Below, piece after piece: positions 21,245 through 30,989 of a DNA stretch of 64,000 nucleotides. Source of the stretch: a virus. Position numbers and translations under genes: made by a program. Location: the IMG/VR virus record IMGVR_UViG_3300009661_000001, positions 637-64,636 of that record. One strand, written 5' to 3'. The notes below the pieces were generated by a model. The model saw only the letters and a program-made list of their open reading frames with translations. It made no database searches and was not told where the DNA came from. Within the stretch, counting starts at the first letter, position 1, and every line of letters begins with the position of its first letter.

Positions 21245-22254
21245 CGCTCTATGTTATACGCGCCAAAACCTAAAGCCGCAGCGGTTGACCAACCTCTAAA
21301 TAACCTGGTATGCAAGGTAGCACGGTTGATTCCACGGGCCAAAGCCCAAGCAGTGACGGACAGAGTTTTACCTTTATAAGTAAGGCTCCTACCGTTCCGT
21401 TCAGAATGTGCTTTCTTCCATGCATCGGTGTGCTTATACCCTACTGCATATTGATTACCTTGTATTCTCTGACTATTTGCCTTTTTCCAAGCATCGTCAT
21501 GCTTCAAACCCAGTGCGTGACTATTACCTATCATACGCTCCGACGCAGCATTTTTCCAAGCATTAGTATGTTTTAACCCTAATGCAAATTTATTATTTGT
21601 CATTCGCTTCCTATCTAATTGTTTTTGTATTTCAGTTCTGATAGTGCCTGTGGCATGATTGTTACCTCTCATGCGGTAGGAGTTATTAGCCTTCCACTCA
21701 TCCGTATGAATATAGCCTACAGTACCGTCACCTCCATCCGTATGATTAGCAAGTGTCCCTATCCTCGTGTCTTTTCGGCCAATTCCAGCTATTAAATCGA
21801 TCTCAAAAGCCTGTGCCAAATAGTCACTGACTCGCGTAGGCATTATTATGATCTTCGGTTGTTTTCCAGCCTTCCATATGGATCGAATGATGCTGATTTT
21901 ATACTGGCCTTTTAAACTACCTTTGTAGTTGGCAGCTTCTTTAAGGTGCGCATAGGCTCTATTTTTGGTTCCCTTTCCTACGTAAAATATTTCGTATTTG
22001 GTATTGACCACAAAACCACTAGGACAAACAATAGGTCCGTTGGAAGCCTTCAGCGGGTTGCAATATAAATATACATAATGTTGGGTGTAATTCTCATCTA
22101 CATTAAGGGTTATACGGTGATCTTTAAGATCGTGTAGTTCAGACGCAAGCCCTAAAAGGTACTGAAAATAATTAGATCGTTTGGTATAAGGGAAATGACG
22201 CCCCTTATATGCCGCAATTGTGGCGGCTAAAGGTTGGTTGGTGATACGAGGCAT
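21238..22254 (-). mobile_element. Free-standing GIY-YIG (LEM-3-like) homing endonuclease with NUMOD3-type repeats
   Basis: YVYLY...FYVGKG...RAYAH, E.DLI..IG, NHTDGGDG; ~22-aa KHTxAWK repeats; C-terminal HTH-like segment; inverted relative to neighbours and visibly AT-richer. Confidence 0.85.
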
Positions 22255-22287
22255 TTTGGATACTCCACTAAGTAATAGACAGATTCC

Positions 22288-22338
22288 CCAAGGTAGCGGT
22301 GTAGTGGCACCGCAGGGCTGGCCGGCCTTTTCCCTTGG
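22288..22338 (-). ncRNA. Candidate structured element, copy 1 (three-way junction upstream of the GIY-YIG gene)
   Basis: CCAAGG-GAAAA-GGC(CGGCCA)GCC-CT-GCGGTG(CCACTA)CACCGC-TA-CCTTGG; same architecture at 41874..41926. Confidence 0.55.
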
Positions 22339-22397
22339 TTCATCATAGAAGCGAACAGTAAATACTGTTGCTCAATTAAATTGAAGAGGAATTCGGT

Positions 22398-22613
22398 ATG
22401 ACAACCCAACGCAAGACGGTTCAGGTTACCATAAGCAAGACCATACAAGTGGTTCAGTTTGAACCCATAGTAGTTGCCATAACGGAAACCGCTGAGGTCA
22501 GCAAGGGTGAAGACCACGAAGAAATTATCGCTGAACTGCACGAATCAGTTTCTGCTCAGGTTCATAAGTATATGAAGCGTGAACTCAAGCAATGGAAAAA
22601 GGACCATAAATGA
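22398..22613 (+). CDS. Hypothetical protein
   Basis: GAGG RBS; ATGA overlap with the next gene. Confidence 0.7.
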   Translation: MTTQRKTVQVTISKTIQVVQFEPIVVAITETAEVSKGEDHEEIIAELHESVSAQVHKYMKRELKQWKKDHK

Positions 22614-22918
22614 AAATTCCTCCTTGGCTTTCTAAGCTTTGGTATTGCGGGCATGAGGTTCCACCTCCGGCGCACAAGGTGGAGAATTTCAAGAAGGCTT
22701 TTGGTGGCGATGGTATCATTTATATGACCATCATGTGGGACGGTGTGTTTCTGTCTGTATCAGTCGGACACGCGGTTCTGCATACAGGATGCTACACCAA
22801 GACCTCAACTGTGGTATGTCCTCGTAATTCAGGCGTTCAAGATGAAATGCTTGTAATAGCGACGGAGGTATTAAAATATGGTAGCAAAATATTAACCAAA
22901 GACTGGATCAAAGCATGA
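22610..22918 (+). CDS. Hypothetical protein
   Basis: ATGA overlaps at both ends within the operon. Confidence 0.65.
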   Translation: MKIPPWLSKLWYCGHEVPPPAHKVENFKKAFGGDGIIYMTIMWDGVFLSVSVGHAVLHTGCYTKTSTVVCPRNSGVQDEMLVIATEVLKYGSKILTKDWIKA

Positions 22919-24009
22919 GCTTTCACACAAAATATCGACCAGAGAACCTCGAACAAATTATCGGTCATGAGGCAGCAGTAACACGAATGTTGGGCATGAT
23001 TAAGAGTGGTAAGGTACCAAGCTCAATCGCCATCTTCGGCCCCACGTCTGCAGGTAAGACAACGCTAGGTAGAGCGTTTGCTGCGCAGGTCAATGGTTTG
23101 GAACGTATTGGCCAGAGCAGGGACTACATAGAAACCAATGCAGCCGCTGATAAGTCAATCGAAAGCGTTCGGCAGATAGAACAGCAATCTAAATTTCGGG
23201 CGCAGCACAAACGTCGGTTTATTCTAATCGATGAAGCACATGGCCTACTCAGTAACCCGCAAGCAGCAAACGCGATCCTGAAGACCTTAGAGGAACCTGC
23301 CAAGGACACGACGTTTATTATCTGTTCAATGGAACCTGCGAAGTTCTCTGCTACAGAGACTGGTCGTGCCATGCTGAACCGTTGCTCGCAATTCGTTCTG
23401 AAGCCGCACTCGCCGAAAGAATTATTAAAGCAGGCAGTACGAATTGCAAAGCGGGAAAAAATGAGCTACGTACTGGAGGAAGGCTACACGGTATTGAAAG
23501 ACCTGGTGAGAGGTTGCTCGGAAATGCGTACGGTAGCGAATATGGTCGAGGCCCTCAGTCAGTATTACGACGGTCTAGAGAAGAAACCAAAGCGTTTGAC
23601 CGAGCAGCAGTTGTCCGACGTCATCGCGTCTACGGAAAGCGCTGACGATGCTTTGGCAGCTACCGTAATGGCGGCAGTCTACAACCTGCAGTTTAAGGTT
23701 GTTCAACGTAGTCTGTTGGATGTTCAGGAACCATTCACGTTCGTAAATAAGTTGATGTGGGCAAACAGTTACATCCTCAACAGTGCGGTATTGGAGGGCA
23801 AGCGACATCGTAAAGTGTGGCCATCAAAAACTGCAAAGGACCTGATGGCGGCAGCGGGTTCGGTTAAACTCGGTGTCTTGGCAGCTACGAATGCATGTTT
23901 GGTCGAAGCCAAAATTCAGATCATGGGTGCAGCGGCTTCACCTGAAGAGGTGTTGAGCTTCCGCCTCTACCGCCTCATCATAGAAATAAAAGCGATGGTG
24001 GAGAAATGA
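22915..24009 (+). CDS. Clamp-loader AAA+ subunit (DNA Pol III gamma/tau-like)
   Basis: KYRP..LEQIIGH, Walker A GPTSAGKTT, Walker B IDEAH, LKTLEEP, NRC motif. Confidence 0.9.
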   Translation: MSFHTKYRPENLEQIIGHEAAVTRMLGMIKSGKVPSSIAIFGPTSAGKTTLGRAFAAQVNGLERIGQSRDYIETNAAADKSIESVRQIEQQSKFRAQHKRRFILIDEAHGLLSNPQAANAILKTLEEPAKDTTFIICSMEPAKFSATETGRAMLNRCSQFVLKPHSPKELLKQAVRIAKREKMSYVLEEGYTVLKDLVRGCSEMRTVANMVEALSQYYDGLEKKPKRLTEQQLSDVIASTESADDALAATVMAAVYNLQFKVVQRSLLDVQEPFTFVNKLMWANSYILNSAVLEGKRHRKVWPSKTAKDLMAAAGSVKLGVLAATNACLVEAKIQIMGAAASPEEVLSFRLYRLIIEIKAMVEK

Positions 24010-24305
24010 AGATCAAGAAATTGGAGACGGTCAACCATACCTGTGTAGTCCCTATGGGATCGATCTTGATGAAGCTCAGCCAGCCTAAAGGATTGGGTAG
24101 AAACTTCGGCCAGTTAAAACCCGACGCTGAGTTTACATTGGTATGGTTGCTGAGCGACTGCAAAGAAAATCAGGTCATATCGATTGAACTTTTTCAAGAC
24201 GGCGATGAGGTGCCGTCTCATTATTGTTACCTTAGCGGTTTTAAGGTACAACACGCCCAGCATACATACTACCCGTTTGCCAAATACTTCATAACCTCGG
24301 ACTAA
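24006..24305 (+). CDS. Hypothetical protein
   Basis: Overlapping start in the operon; 99 aa. Confidence 0.6.
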   Translation: MKIKKLETVNHTCVVPMGSILMKLSQPKGLGRNFGQLKPDAEFTLVWLLSDCKENQVISIELFQDGDEVPSHYCYLSGFKVQHAQHTYYPFAKYFITSD

Positions 24306-24307
24306 AC

Positions 24308-26539
24308 ATGCTAGAACTAGAATCCCTGAGACTGAAAAACGCACTGTTGTTCAAAGACGTTGAGTTCAAATTCGTACCCGGCCTAACAACCATCTATGGC
24401 CTTAATAAGGTAAGCGGAAAGGCCACAGGAAACGGCAACGGCGCCGGTAAGTCGTTTTTCTTCTCGCAGATCAGGGAAATTCTACATGAAGAACCTATGG
24501 TGGGGCAGAAGACGGACGTACTGAAGACTGGTACACGAAGCCTGGGCATCAAGATAGAGGGTAAGCGGTACAAAATCGATAGGGCTAAAACGGGCCTGAA
24601 GATTATGAGCAAGGGTAAATCAAAATTCCGGACCAAGCCGTTAGCTAAGGCGTGGCTCAAAAAACTGCCACTTACAGCAGAGGACTTCGATACCTACGTT
24701 CACCTCGATGCGCGTGTACCCCATCCGTTGGTCATGGGTAAATCAACGGAGCGTAAGAAGTTCTTTACCTCCTTCTTTGGCCTTGACCGAATGGACGTTG
24801 AGCGTCGTCTGTTCATGGCAGAGCTTTCTAAACTTGCCAAAGTCAAAGCCGCCTACAAAGAACTACGGGTAGAATACGAGAAGGCTAAAGAAAAGATTGA
24901 GGGACTCGATCTTGATGCCCTAAAAACAAAGGGACGTAAGTTGCGGGCTATGCTCGACGATCTGCATGAAAAGAACAAACGCCTGCAGAACATCACGCAG
25001 TTGCTTGCATTTGAGCGCACCGCCAAGAAGCAGGTAGAGCAGTACCTGAAGCTTGTGGTGGACGACTTGTCGGCAGAACGCTTCGACGAATTAATGGCCG
25101 ACGTAAAATACAACATCAAGGTCAATAAAGCAGACTTAGCTGAGGCTCAAGCCTGGCGAGAGTACCAAAAAGATGTAAAGCGCTATCACAAGGCTCTAGA
25201 GAGGTTATCACCGTCAAGCCAGAAGATGCTGGAAAAGTATTCAGCAAAAGATATACGCAAAAAATTTGGTTCAGCGGAAGAAGATCGTATGCATGTGGCA
25301 GCTTCTGTTATGGAGACCGAGAACCGCATTAAGTATAACAAGAAGCTGACGAAACCCACAAAGGTGGAAGACCCACAGATCGACCCAAAAGAACTAAGGG
25401 CGAAGCTTGAGTCCCTAGAACACCGGTATGACCACGCACGCAAGTTCAAGACTGGTGTATGTGATACGTGCGGGCAGGAGGTCAAAACGGTAGACCCAAA
25501 AGAGTTGAAGCGCAAAATAACAAAAATAGAGGTCCAACTCGAAAACCACGAAGAATACAAAACTTACGTAAAAGAACGCGATGAGTATAAGAGGGCTGTG
25601 GCTGAGTTAGCCGAGGATGAACCACAGCTGGAGGTCCTTCAGGCAAAGCATGACAAGCTGCGTCGTCGCGCAAAGGTATTCGACGAGATACAAGGTTTGC
25701 CTGATAAACCCACGAAGTTTGAGGGTAAAAAGCTCGAAGTGGAAATTCTTGAGCGTATGCTTGAAGAAGACCGGGAGCGAGTTGCATTGCTGGAATTTAT
25801 ACAGCCTAATTTACAGACTATTGAAGAACTCGTTGCACTAACGGACAAGCAGCGAGGTGCGTATAAAATCGCACAGGCTTTGCAAGATAAGATCAACGAC
25901 TACCAAGAGAAGCTGTCGAAGGTCAAGGTCAAGGTTGAAATGGGGAAGGAAAATCTTGAGACCTATAATCGATTGCGCAAACGCCTAAAGGAAATGAAGG
26001 TAGAGCTTGAAGACGAAGAGGCATTGAAACTTCTGGTCGACAGTTATTCCGATAAGGGAGCCAAACGACTGGCCATCAAGGCAATCAGTAGTCGCTTGAT
26101 GACGGAGGTCAACAAGTACGCGCGAATAGTATTCGGTGAAGATTTCGATTTCTTCTTTAAGTGGGAGTCGTCCGATTTGGTGTTGGGCGTAAATCGTCGG
26201 TACGGTAAGAAGGTGATAACCTCCGATGTGCGTAAGCTGTCTGGTGCAGAGTCGAAGCTTTTCACTTACGTACTGATGGCAGCATCAATGACCTTCCGTT
26301 CAGAACGCAAGCGCTGCAACGTTTTGATACTGGATGAGCCGACTGCCAACTTTAGCCCCGAAACATTTGAAATGTTCAAGAAGCTTGTACCCATCCTGAA
26401 TAAGATATTCCCGACCATCATCATTATAACGCCTAAGAGCGATGAACGTTATGAAGGAGCCGACGAATGGACAGTCACCAAAACAAAAACAGAGGCCAAG
26501 TTAGTTCGTGGTCACCCTCATCAGATAAGGAACAAATGA
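24308..26539 (+). CDS. SbcC/Rad50/gp46-like ABC ATPase
   Basis: Walker A GNGAGKS, long coiled coil with CDTC zinc hook, signature LSGAE, Walker B ILDEP. Confidence 0.9.
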   Translation: MLELESLRLKNALLFKDVEFKFVPGLTTIYGLNKVSGKATGNGNGAGKSFFFSQIREILHEEPMVGQKTDVLKTGTRSLGIKIEGKRYKIDRAKTGLKIMSKGKSKFRTKPLAKAWLKKLPLTAEDFDTYVHLDARVPHPLVMGKSTERKKFFTSFFGLDRMDVERRLFMAELSKLAKVKAAYKELRVEYEKAKEKIEGLDLDALKTKGRKLRAMLDDLHEKNKRLQNITQLLAFERTAKKQVEQYLKLVVDDLSAERFDELMADVKYNIKVNKADLAEAQAWREYQKDVKRYHKALERLSPSSQKMLEKYSAKDIRKKFGSAEEDRMHVAASVMETENRIKYNKKLTKPTKVEDPQIDPKELRAKLESLEHRYDHARKFKTGVCDTCGQEVKTVDPKELKRKITKIEVQLENHEEYKTYVKERDEYKRAVAELAEDEPQLEVLQAKHDKLRRRAKVFDEIQGLPDKPTKFEGKKLEVEILERMLEEDRERVALLEFIQPNLQTIEELVALTDKQRGAYKIAQALQDKINDYQEKLSKVKVKVEMGKENLETYNRLRKRLKEMKVELEDEEALKLLVDSYSDKGAKRLAIKAISSRLMTEVNKYARIVFGEDFDFFFKWESSDLVLGVNRRYGKKVITSDVRKLSGAESKLFTYVLMAASMTFRSERKRCNVLILDEPTANFSPETFEMFKKLVPILNKIFPTIIIITPKSDERYEGADEWTVTKTKTEAKLVRGHPHQIRNK

Positions 26540-27237
26540 TTATCCACGCCTTCGGAGTTTTATGCTCACCCCTTGAACTGGGTAACGTTTTGAAGAAGCT
26601 CAAGATCAGTCACGCTATGGTTGATAACTCGTTGACGGCCCACACCAAGGTTCGGCATCTTACACCAGTTCAACCTGCGTGGCCCATCATCTTGCCTTCA
26701 GTGAAGGCTTGCTCTCGGTTTCGATCCAAGTACACGCGCCAAATTCTATTCATATGCGATTCACTATCGCAATTGAAGACCGCGAATGTAAAGATTCTGG
26801 ACCCAGTCGATATGATGCGTTCAGTTCAGAAGGCATTGGAGTATGCGGTTGCGAATCCCATAGAGTGGAAACTGGCTGTGGTAGAGCCAACACTCGATGA
26901 GTACGTCAAGCACGCTACCAAACCATCGTTTCTCAATGACGTGCAGACGGAGATTTACCGCATTACGCCCTACGATCTAAGAAAGGCAGTGCAAAGCGAA
27001 GTCATTGCGTACCTGGGTGGGTTGCTTGGCTACCGCAAATTGATGGCACGTTTAAACTCCAGCCACAAACTTACCAAGATAAAAACACTCGTGCTGGCAC
27101 CCAAATGTGCGGTACTCAAAGATGCTATCACCGCCTACCGACACGGCCAAGACCTCAAAGAAGTAGCAGAAGCCTACAAGGTGGAGACCTTCGAAATTAT
27201 GTATATCGTCAAATCATCGACCCAAACAAAACCTTAA
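26536..27237 (+). CDS. Hypothetical protein
   Basis: Likely start ATG 26536 (ATGA overlap with the SbcC-like stop, AAGGA RBS). Confidence 0.7.
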   Translation: MIIHAFGVLCSPLELGNVLKKLKISHAMVDNSLTAHTKVRHLTPVQPAWPIILPSVKACSRFRSKYTRQILFICDSLSQLKTANVKILDPVDMMRSVQKALEYAVANPIEWKLAVVEPTLDEYVKHATKPSFLNDVQTEIYRITPYDLRKAVQSEVIAYLGGLLGYRKLMARLNSSHKLTKIKTLVLAPKCAVLKDAITAYRHGQDLKEVAEAYKVETFEIMYIVKSSTQTKP

Positions 27238-27252
27238 TTTAATGGGGATACA

Positions 27253-27603
27253 ATGAGCATATTAACGGTTCAACTTGTCGATGGTCAAGGCACCCTTAAC
27301 GTTGCTGACAACACGTTAGTCTATAATGGCAAAGCGTTCGTCGATCCTTCGGATGCTTTCTTTGTGGCTCTCTACGCTATGCCGATTGATGCACTAAGCC
27401 TTCCGTTCGAGACACTGCCAGCACAAACGTTGGTAACGCAACAGGCTCAGTTAGCATGGGTACTTAGCTACCTTGCGACTGCCGAACCCACAACAGACCC
27501 ATCGTTGGTTGTTCAACCCGATCCTGCAAACGGGCAGTGTGTCTGTGGCGTAACTTGTCAGGGCACGCAGCTTTCCTACGTAAAAGTAACCACGGAGTCC
27601 TAA
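27253..27603 (+). CDS. Hypothetical protein
   Basis: GGGGA RBS; 116 aa. Confidence 0.7.
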   Translation: MSILTVQLVDGQGTLNVADNTLVYNGKAFVDPSDAFFVALYAMPIDALSLPFETLPAQTLVTQQAQLAWVLSYLATAEPTTDPSLVVQPDPANGQCVCGVTCQGTQLSYVKVTTES

Positions 27604-28404
27604 ATGAAACAGCCTTTCGCTACGAATAACAAACTTGGTCTGCCTTTGGTGCAGCCTTCGGCTCAGACTTTGCTGCCGATAATTTGCGGTGGTAATGGCA
27701 ACATCCAAGGCTTTTACCCTATTACCAAAACGACCTTCACTGGCTCCGAGACTAGCTACACCTTAAGTGACGGTCCTGTGCCGATTACGACGGTAACGCT
27801 GCCACAGAAAGTCAGTGACGGCACCGGCACACAGGGCGTTCCGCAGTACATGGCTGCTGTGTGGCCTGACGACGAAGAACACGACCGCCCATGGATAGGC
27901 TACAGCGACTTTGTCCCTATCGGAGCAGTAGGTTACCTTGGTGCTGACCACAAGATGCCGACACAGGGTTGGGGAACTGCGTATTACCTGGGCACTCTGG
28001 TTACCAACCTCAAGTTCAACATGGATGAACTCGTGCCTATTCCACCTACCACCACACCGCCTTCCGTTACACCAGCAACGCTGCGCTGGGTAACCTCAGT
28101 CGAGGCAGTATCACTTGATTCGCAATGCCCATTCATTGACTTTAACTGGGTGACGCTGTTCAAGGCGTCCAGTCCAAATGTCGATCCACTGCGCATCGAT
28201 GTAATAAGCAATCCGGCTGGTGGATTCTTCAAATCCACGCTGGTGGCAAATCCTGTCGTCTCTCCACTGGGTGGCACCTACTTCGATACGGTTCGCCTGA
28301 TTCGCCTGTTACCAGCCCCTGCAGGTACGTACACGTTCCAGTACGCGGTCACTGACACGCAGAACAACGTGACCCAAGTAACGCTGACTCTTACGGTGGT
28401 CTAA
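27604..28404 (+). CDS. Hypothetical beta-rich protein
   Basis: Starts immediately after the previous stop; Pro/Thr-rich with an Ig-like C-terminal pattern. Confidence 0.7.
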   Translation: MKQPFATNNKLGLPLVQPSAQTLLPIICGGNGNIQGFYPITKTTFTGSETSYTLSDGPVPITTVTLPQKVSDGTGTQGVPQYMAAVWPDDEEHDRPWIGYSDFVPIGAVGYLGADHKMPTQGWGTAYYLGTLVTNLKFNMDELVPIPPTTTPPSVTPATLRWVTSVEAVSLDSQCPFIDFNWVTLFKASSPNVDPLRIDVISNPAGGFFKSTLVANPVVSPLGGTYFDTVRLIRLLPAPAGTYTFQYAVTDTQNNVTQVTLTLTVV

Positions 28405-28407
28405 CGA

Positions 28408-28482
28408 ATGCTTCTTAAGGTTTGGCTCTCGTTTGGAGCCCTAGCGCTAGTCGCCTACTTGGTAGATCGATTCCGCAAATAA
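28408..28482 (+). CDS. Candidate 24-aa single-pass membrane peptide
   Basis: MLLKVWLSFGALALVAYLVDRFRK*; GGTGG 8 nt upstream. Confidence 0.4.
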   Translation: MLLKVWLSFGALALVAYLVDRFRK

Positions 28483-28580
28483 CAAGCCTGCTATCAGAAA
28501 TGGTAGCAGGCTCTGTCACCGCTTGCTTGATACTCTCGCGCTCAGGCATAGTAAATAATAGATTTCAACAGAAGAAAATC

Positions 28581-29666
28581 ATGCAAATCACAACCACTAC
28601 CGACTCCCTGCAAGAAGCAATCCGAATCGTTACCCGCTTGGCTCCGCCTGTAAGTGGTAACGTCGCAATCAATTCGGATGGTAAGAAGTTCATCATCACC
28701 TCCAACAGCGAAACCTCTAGCTGTTCGGTCATACTCCCTGGCGAAGTAGAAGGAAAAGCCAATACCTTCGCTGTGGGTATCCAGTCCATTCGTGACGCGA
28801 CCAAGGGCCGTAAGGAACTGGTCATCAGTTACGATAAGACGCTTTGCAAAATCAAGAGTGGTAATTATCGTTGCGATCTGCCAACAGTCGATGCTATGCA
28901 AATCGAAGAAGACACGGACGCAAAAGAAAAGAAAATCAAGGTCAGCTCTGAACAGGCGGTATGGTTACGGCAAATGGTCAGCACAGTCGGTCTAAAGCCA
29001 ACTACGCTGGTGGCCGCATTCATGCCCCTTAGTGTGAAGTTTACCAAGAAAGGTGCGTTCATCGCCTGCTACGATATCAATCATATGTCATTCGTTCACT
29101 CCAAAGAACTGGTGGGTGACATGGAAGTTAGTTTGCCTCTGGATATGTTCGCGTCAGTTCTAGATGCTTTCAAAGGTGAGTTCAAAATGGAACTCTCGCG
29201 CGCCAACCTGCACGTATCAAGCAAAACAGTCAAGGTGGTTATGGCCTTGCCTCAGGTAGAAGAAAATGCGCTGCAACTGCAAGAGGTCATAGACGTAGTT
29301 AAGGGTCTGAAAGACAGCAAGTCAGTTGACCTGGAAGTTGAGAAAGAGGCGTTCACGGCTTTCTTGGACAATGCGCGTGCTGTAGCTACCAAGGAGCGCA
29401 GTGAGGTTCAAATGAAAATCGGGGAAGGCAAGTTATCAATGGCAGTCGTAACTGCTAACGGCGCTATTCGTGCAGCAGTTAAGGCCACCAAGAGCAAGAA
29501 GGTAGAATGCATGATCGACTTCGAGTTCTTGGACGAAGCAGTTCGCAAGAGTCAAAATACGGTCAAGATGCGCGTTGTTGAACCGGACTTCGTTGCCTTT
29601 GATCTGAAAGTAGGTACGGTAATCGTGTCGCTTAATCAGGATCAGGAATCAGCAAATGAAGAGTGA
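28581..29666 (+). CDS. Sliding clamp (DNA Pol III beta-like)
   Basis: ~361 aa from ATG 28581 with beta-clamp-like length and pattern; same operon region as the clamp loader. Confidence 0.7.
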   Translation: MQITTTTDSLQEAIRIVTRLAPPVSGNVAINSDGKKFIITSNSETSSCSVILPGEVEGKANTFAVGIQSIRDATKGRKELVISYDKTLCKIKSGNYRCDLPTVDAMQIEEDTDAKEKKIKVSSEQAVWLRQMVSTVGLKPTTLVAAFMPLSVKFTKKGAFIACYDINHMSFVHSKELVGDMEVSLPLDMFASVLDAFKGEFKMELSRANLHVSSKTVKVVMALPQVEENALQLQEVIDVVKGLKDSKSVDLEVEKEAFTAFLDNARAVATKERSEVQMKIGEGKLSMAVVTANGAIRAAVKATKSKKVECMIDFEFLDEAVRKSQNTVKMRVVEPDFVAFDLKVGTVIVSLNQDQESANEE

Positions 29667-30042
29667 GTTCAAACTCTACATCGATGCTCCGGTTGGCGTC
29701 TTCTACGATGACGGAGAAGACGGTTTCTTCCTACCAATTTTGGGTATCAAACGCCTCACACCAATAAAGATCGTAAAGGAGCTTACGCTCCGCTGCATGT
29801 TCTCGGTCTTTATGTGCGAGGCAGAAGGACAACGATGCGGCTTCTATTTCGCATCCCAATTCAAGGTCAGCAATGAAGGCGGATACCTTATTACGTACAT
29901 GAACAGACGTAAAGAGGCGACTGAGGTTGAGACTTTGATTAAGACACCGGAGTTAATCCTCTACCATTATCCCAATAAGGGAACGTTGGCCATTTCGCCT
30001 AAGGTCAACGATGAAATAAACACAGTCTTCCTAGAACAATAG
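29656..30042 (+). CDS. Hypothetical protein
   Basis: Overlapping start; 128 aa. Confidence 0.65.
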   Translation: MKSEFKLYIDAPVGVFYDDGEDGFFLPILGIKRLTPIKIVKELTLRCMFSVFMCEAEGQRCGFYFASQFKVSNEGGYLITYMNRRKEATEVETLIKTPELILYHYPNKGTLAISPKVNDEINTVFLEQ

Positions 30043-30051
30043 AGGTACACC

Positions 30052-30573
30052 ATGAGTCTCAAGAGCGACATCAGGGAAACAAAGCAATACAAAACGTTTA
30101 AGAAAATTCGTATTGGTGTCGAAGACAAGCTGAACATGGAGAAGGACCGCGCAGAGGCATTGTCAATGCACGCAGGTCGTGTGTCGCGGCGTATGCACGG
30201 CAACAAGATGTACTCACCAAGGGCCTTGATAGAGGCCCTAACGAACGATATGTCATGTCGCAGTCGTTTGGTTGAACTTCGGGTGCAGGCCTCAATTCAA
30301 ATCGAGACCCTACAAGAGGCGATCAAGGCATTCAAACGCTTCGTGCAAACTGATTACTCCGAACGTTTGAACAAGACGTACAAGACGGTAGGTCAACGCT
30401 CCGCCTTCATGGAGAACATGATTACGGCGGCGATGGAAGTCGAAGGTCAAGGCAAGTCGTTGCTCAAGTTGTTCGATGACCTCATTGCGGACGTGGATAA
30501 GACTTCATATCACCTGTCCAATATGGTTGATGTGGTCAAACTGATTTCGGACAAACCCGGGAAGACGCTATGA
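30052..30573 (+). CDS. Helical protein, possibly UvsY-like recombination mediator
   Basis: GAGG RBS; mostly helical; two genes upstream of an SF2 helicase. Function is a guess. Confidence 0.45.
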   Translation: MSLKSDIRETKQYKTFKKIRIGVEDKLNMEKDRAEALSMHAGRVSRRMHGNKMYSPRALIEALTNDMSCRSRLVELRVQASIQIETLQEAIKAFKRFVQTDYSERLNKTYKTVGQRSAFMENMITAAMEVEGQGKSLLKLFDDLIADVDKTSYHLSNMVDVVKLISDKPGKTL

Positions 30574-30989
30574 ACATCGCTCATCTGCTCCCACCAGGTT
30601 ATGCGATATCGAGGGATCAGGCGAACGATGGAACGGGTATGCAATGGCACACTACTTTGTTCTACATCCCGCAGCCACGTGTTCTGCTTGCAATCAACGA
30701 AGACGGTAAGTCAATGCGGTTGGGTGCACCGACAGCAGACGACATTGAGGTCATTGGTCAGATTCTCAAGGCCTTCATAAGCTACGAGAAAAAGGTGACC
30801 TGTTATGATCGTATTCCCGAAGTAATGGATATCCTCAAAAGTATAACAAAAGTGAGTCTGCGGTTAACCACACGGGTCAACAGCGGTAGAATGATGGGAG
30901 CGTCGATGGGTATTGACGGTCTCGATTCGATACTACAATATGTCAACCACAGCGTGTTGGCTGCCGAAAGTTATCTGACCATATCATGA
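30570..30989 (+). CDS. Hypothetical protein
   Basis: ATGA overlaps in the operon. Confidence 0.65.
   Translation: MNIAHLLPPGYAISRDQANDGTGMQWHTTLFYIPQPRVLLAINEDGKSMRLGAPTADDIEVIGQILKAFISYEKKVTCYDRIPEVMDILKSITKVSLRLTTRVNSGRMMGASMGIDGLDSILQYVNHSVLAAESYLTIS

Noticed and set aside
21238-22254. Group I intron housing the GIY-YIG gene
   Set aside because: Flanking ORFs are complete on their own, the gene is antisense, and no intron core elements were recognised.
22288-22338. Hammerhead ribozyme reading of the three-way junction
   Set aside because: GAAA is present, but the CUGAnGA core is replaced by UA and the would-be cleavage position is G.
22354-22369. N4-type hairpin promoter (AACAGTA-AA-TACTGTT around AGTAAATA)
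   Set aside because: Only one of the four intergenic AGTAAATA sites forms a hairpin.
28422-28580. 53-codon N-terminal extension of the clamp ORF in the track
   Set aside because: TTG start without RBS, overlapping a small ORF and a promoter-like box; ATG 28581 fits clamp length better.
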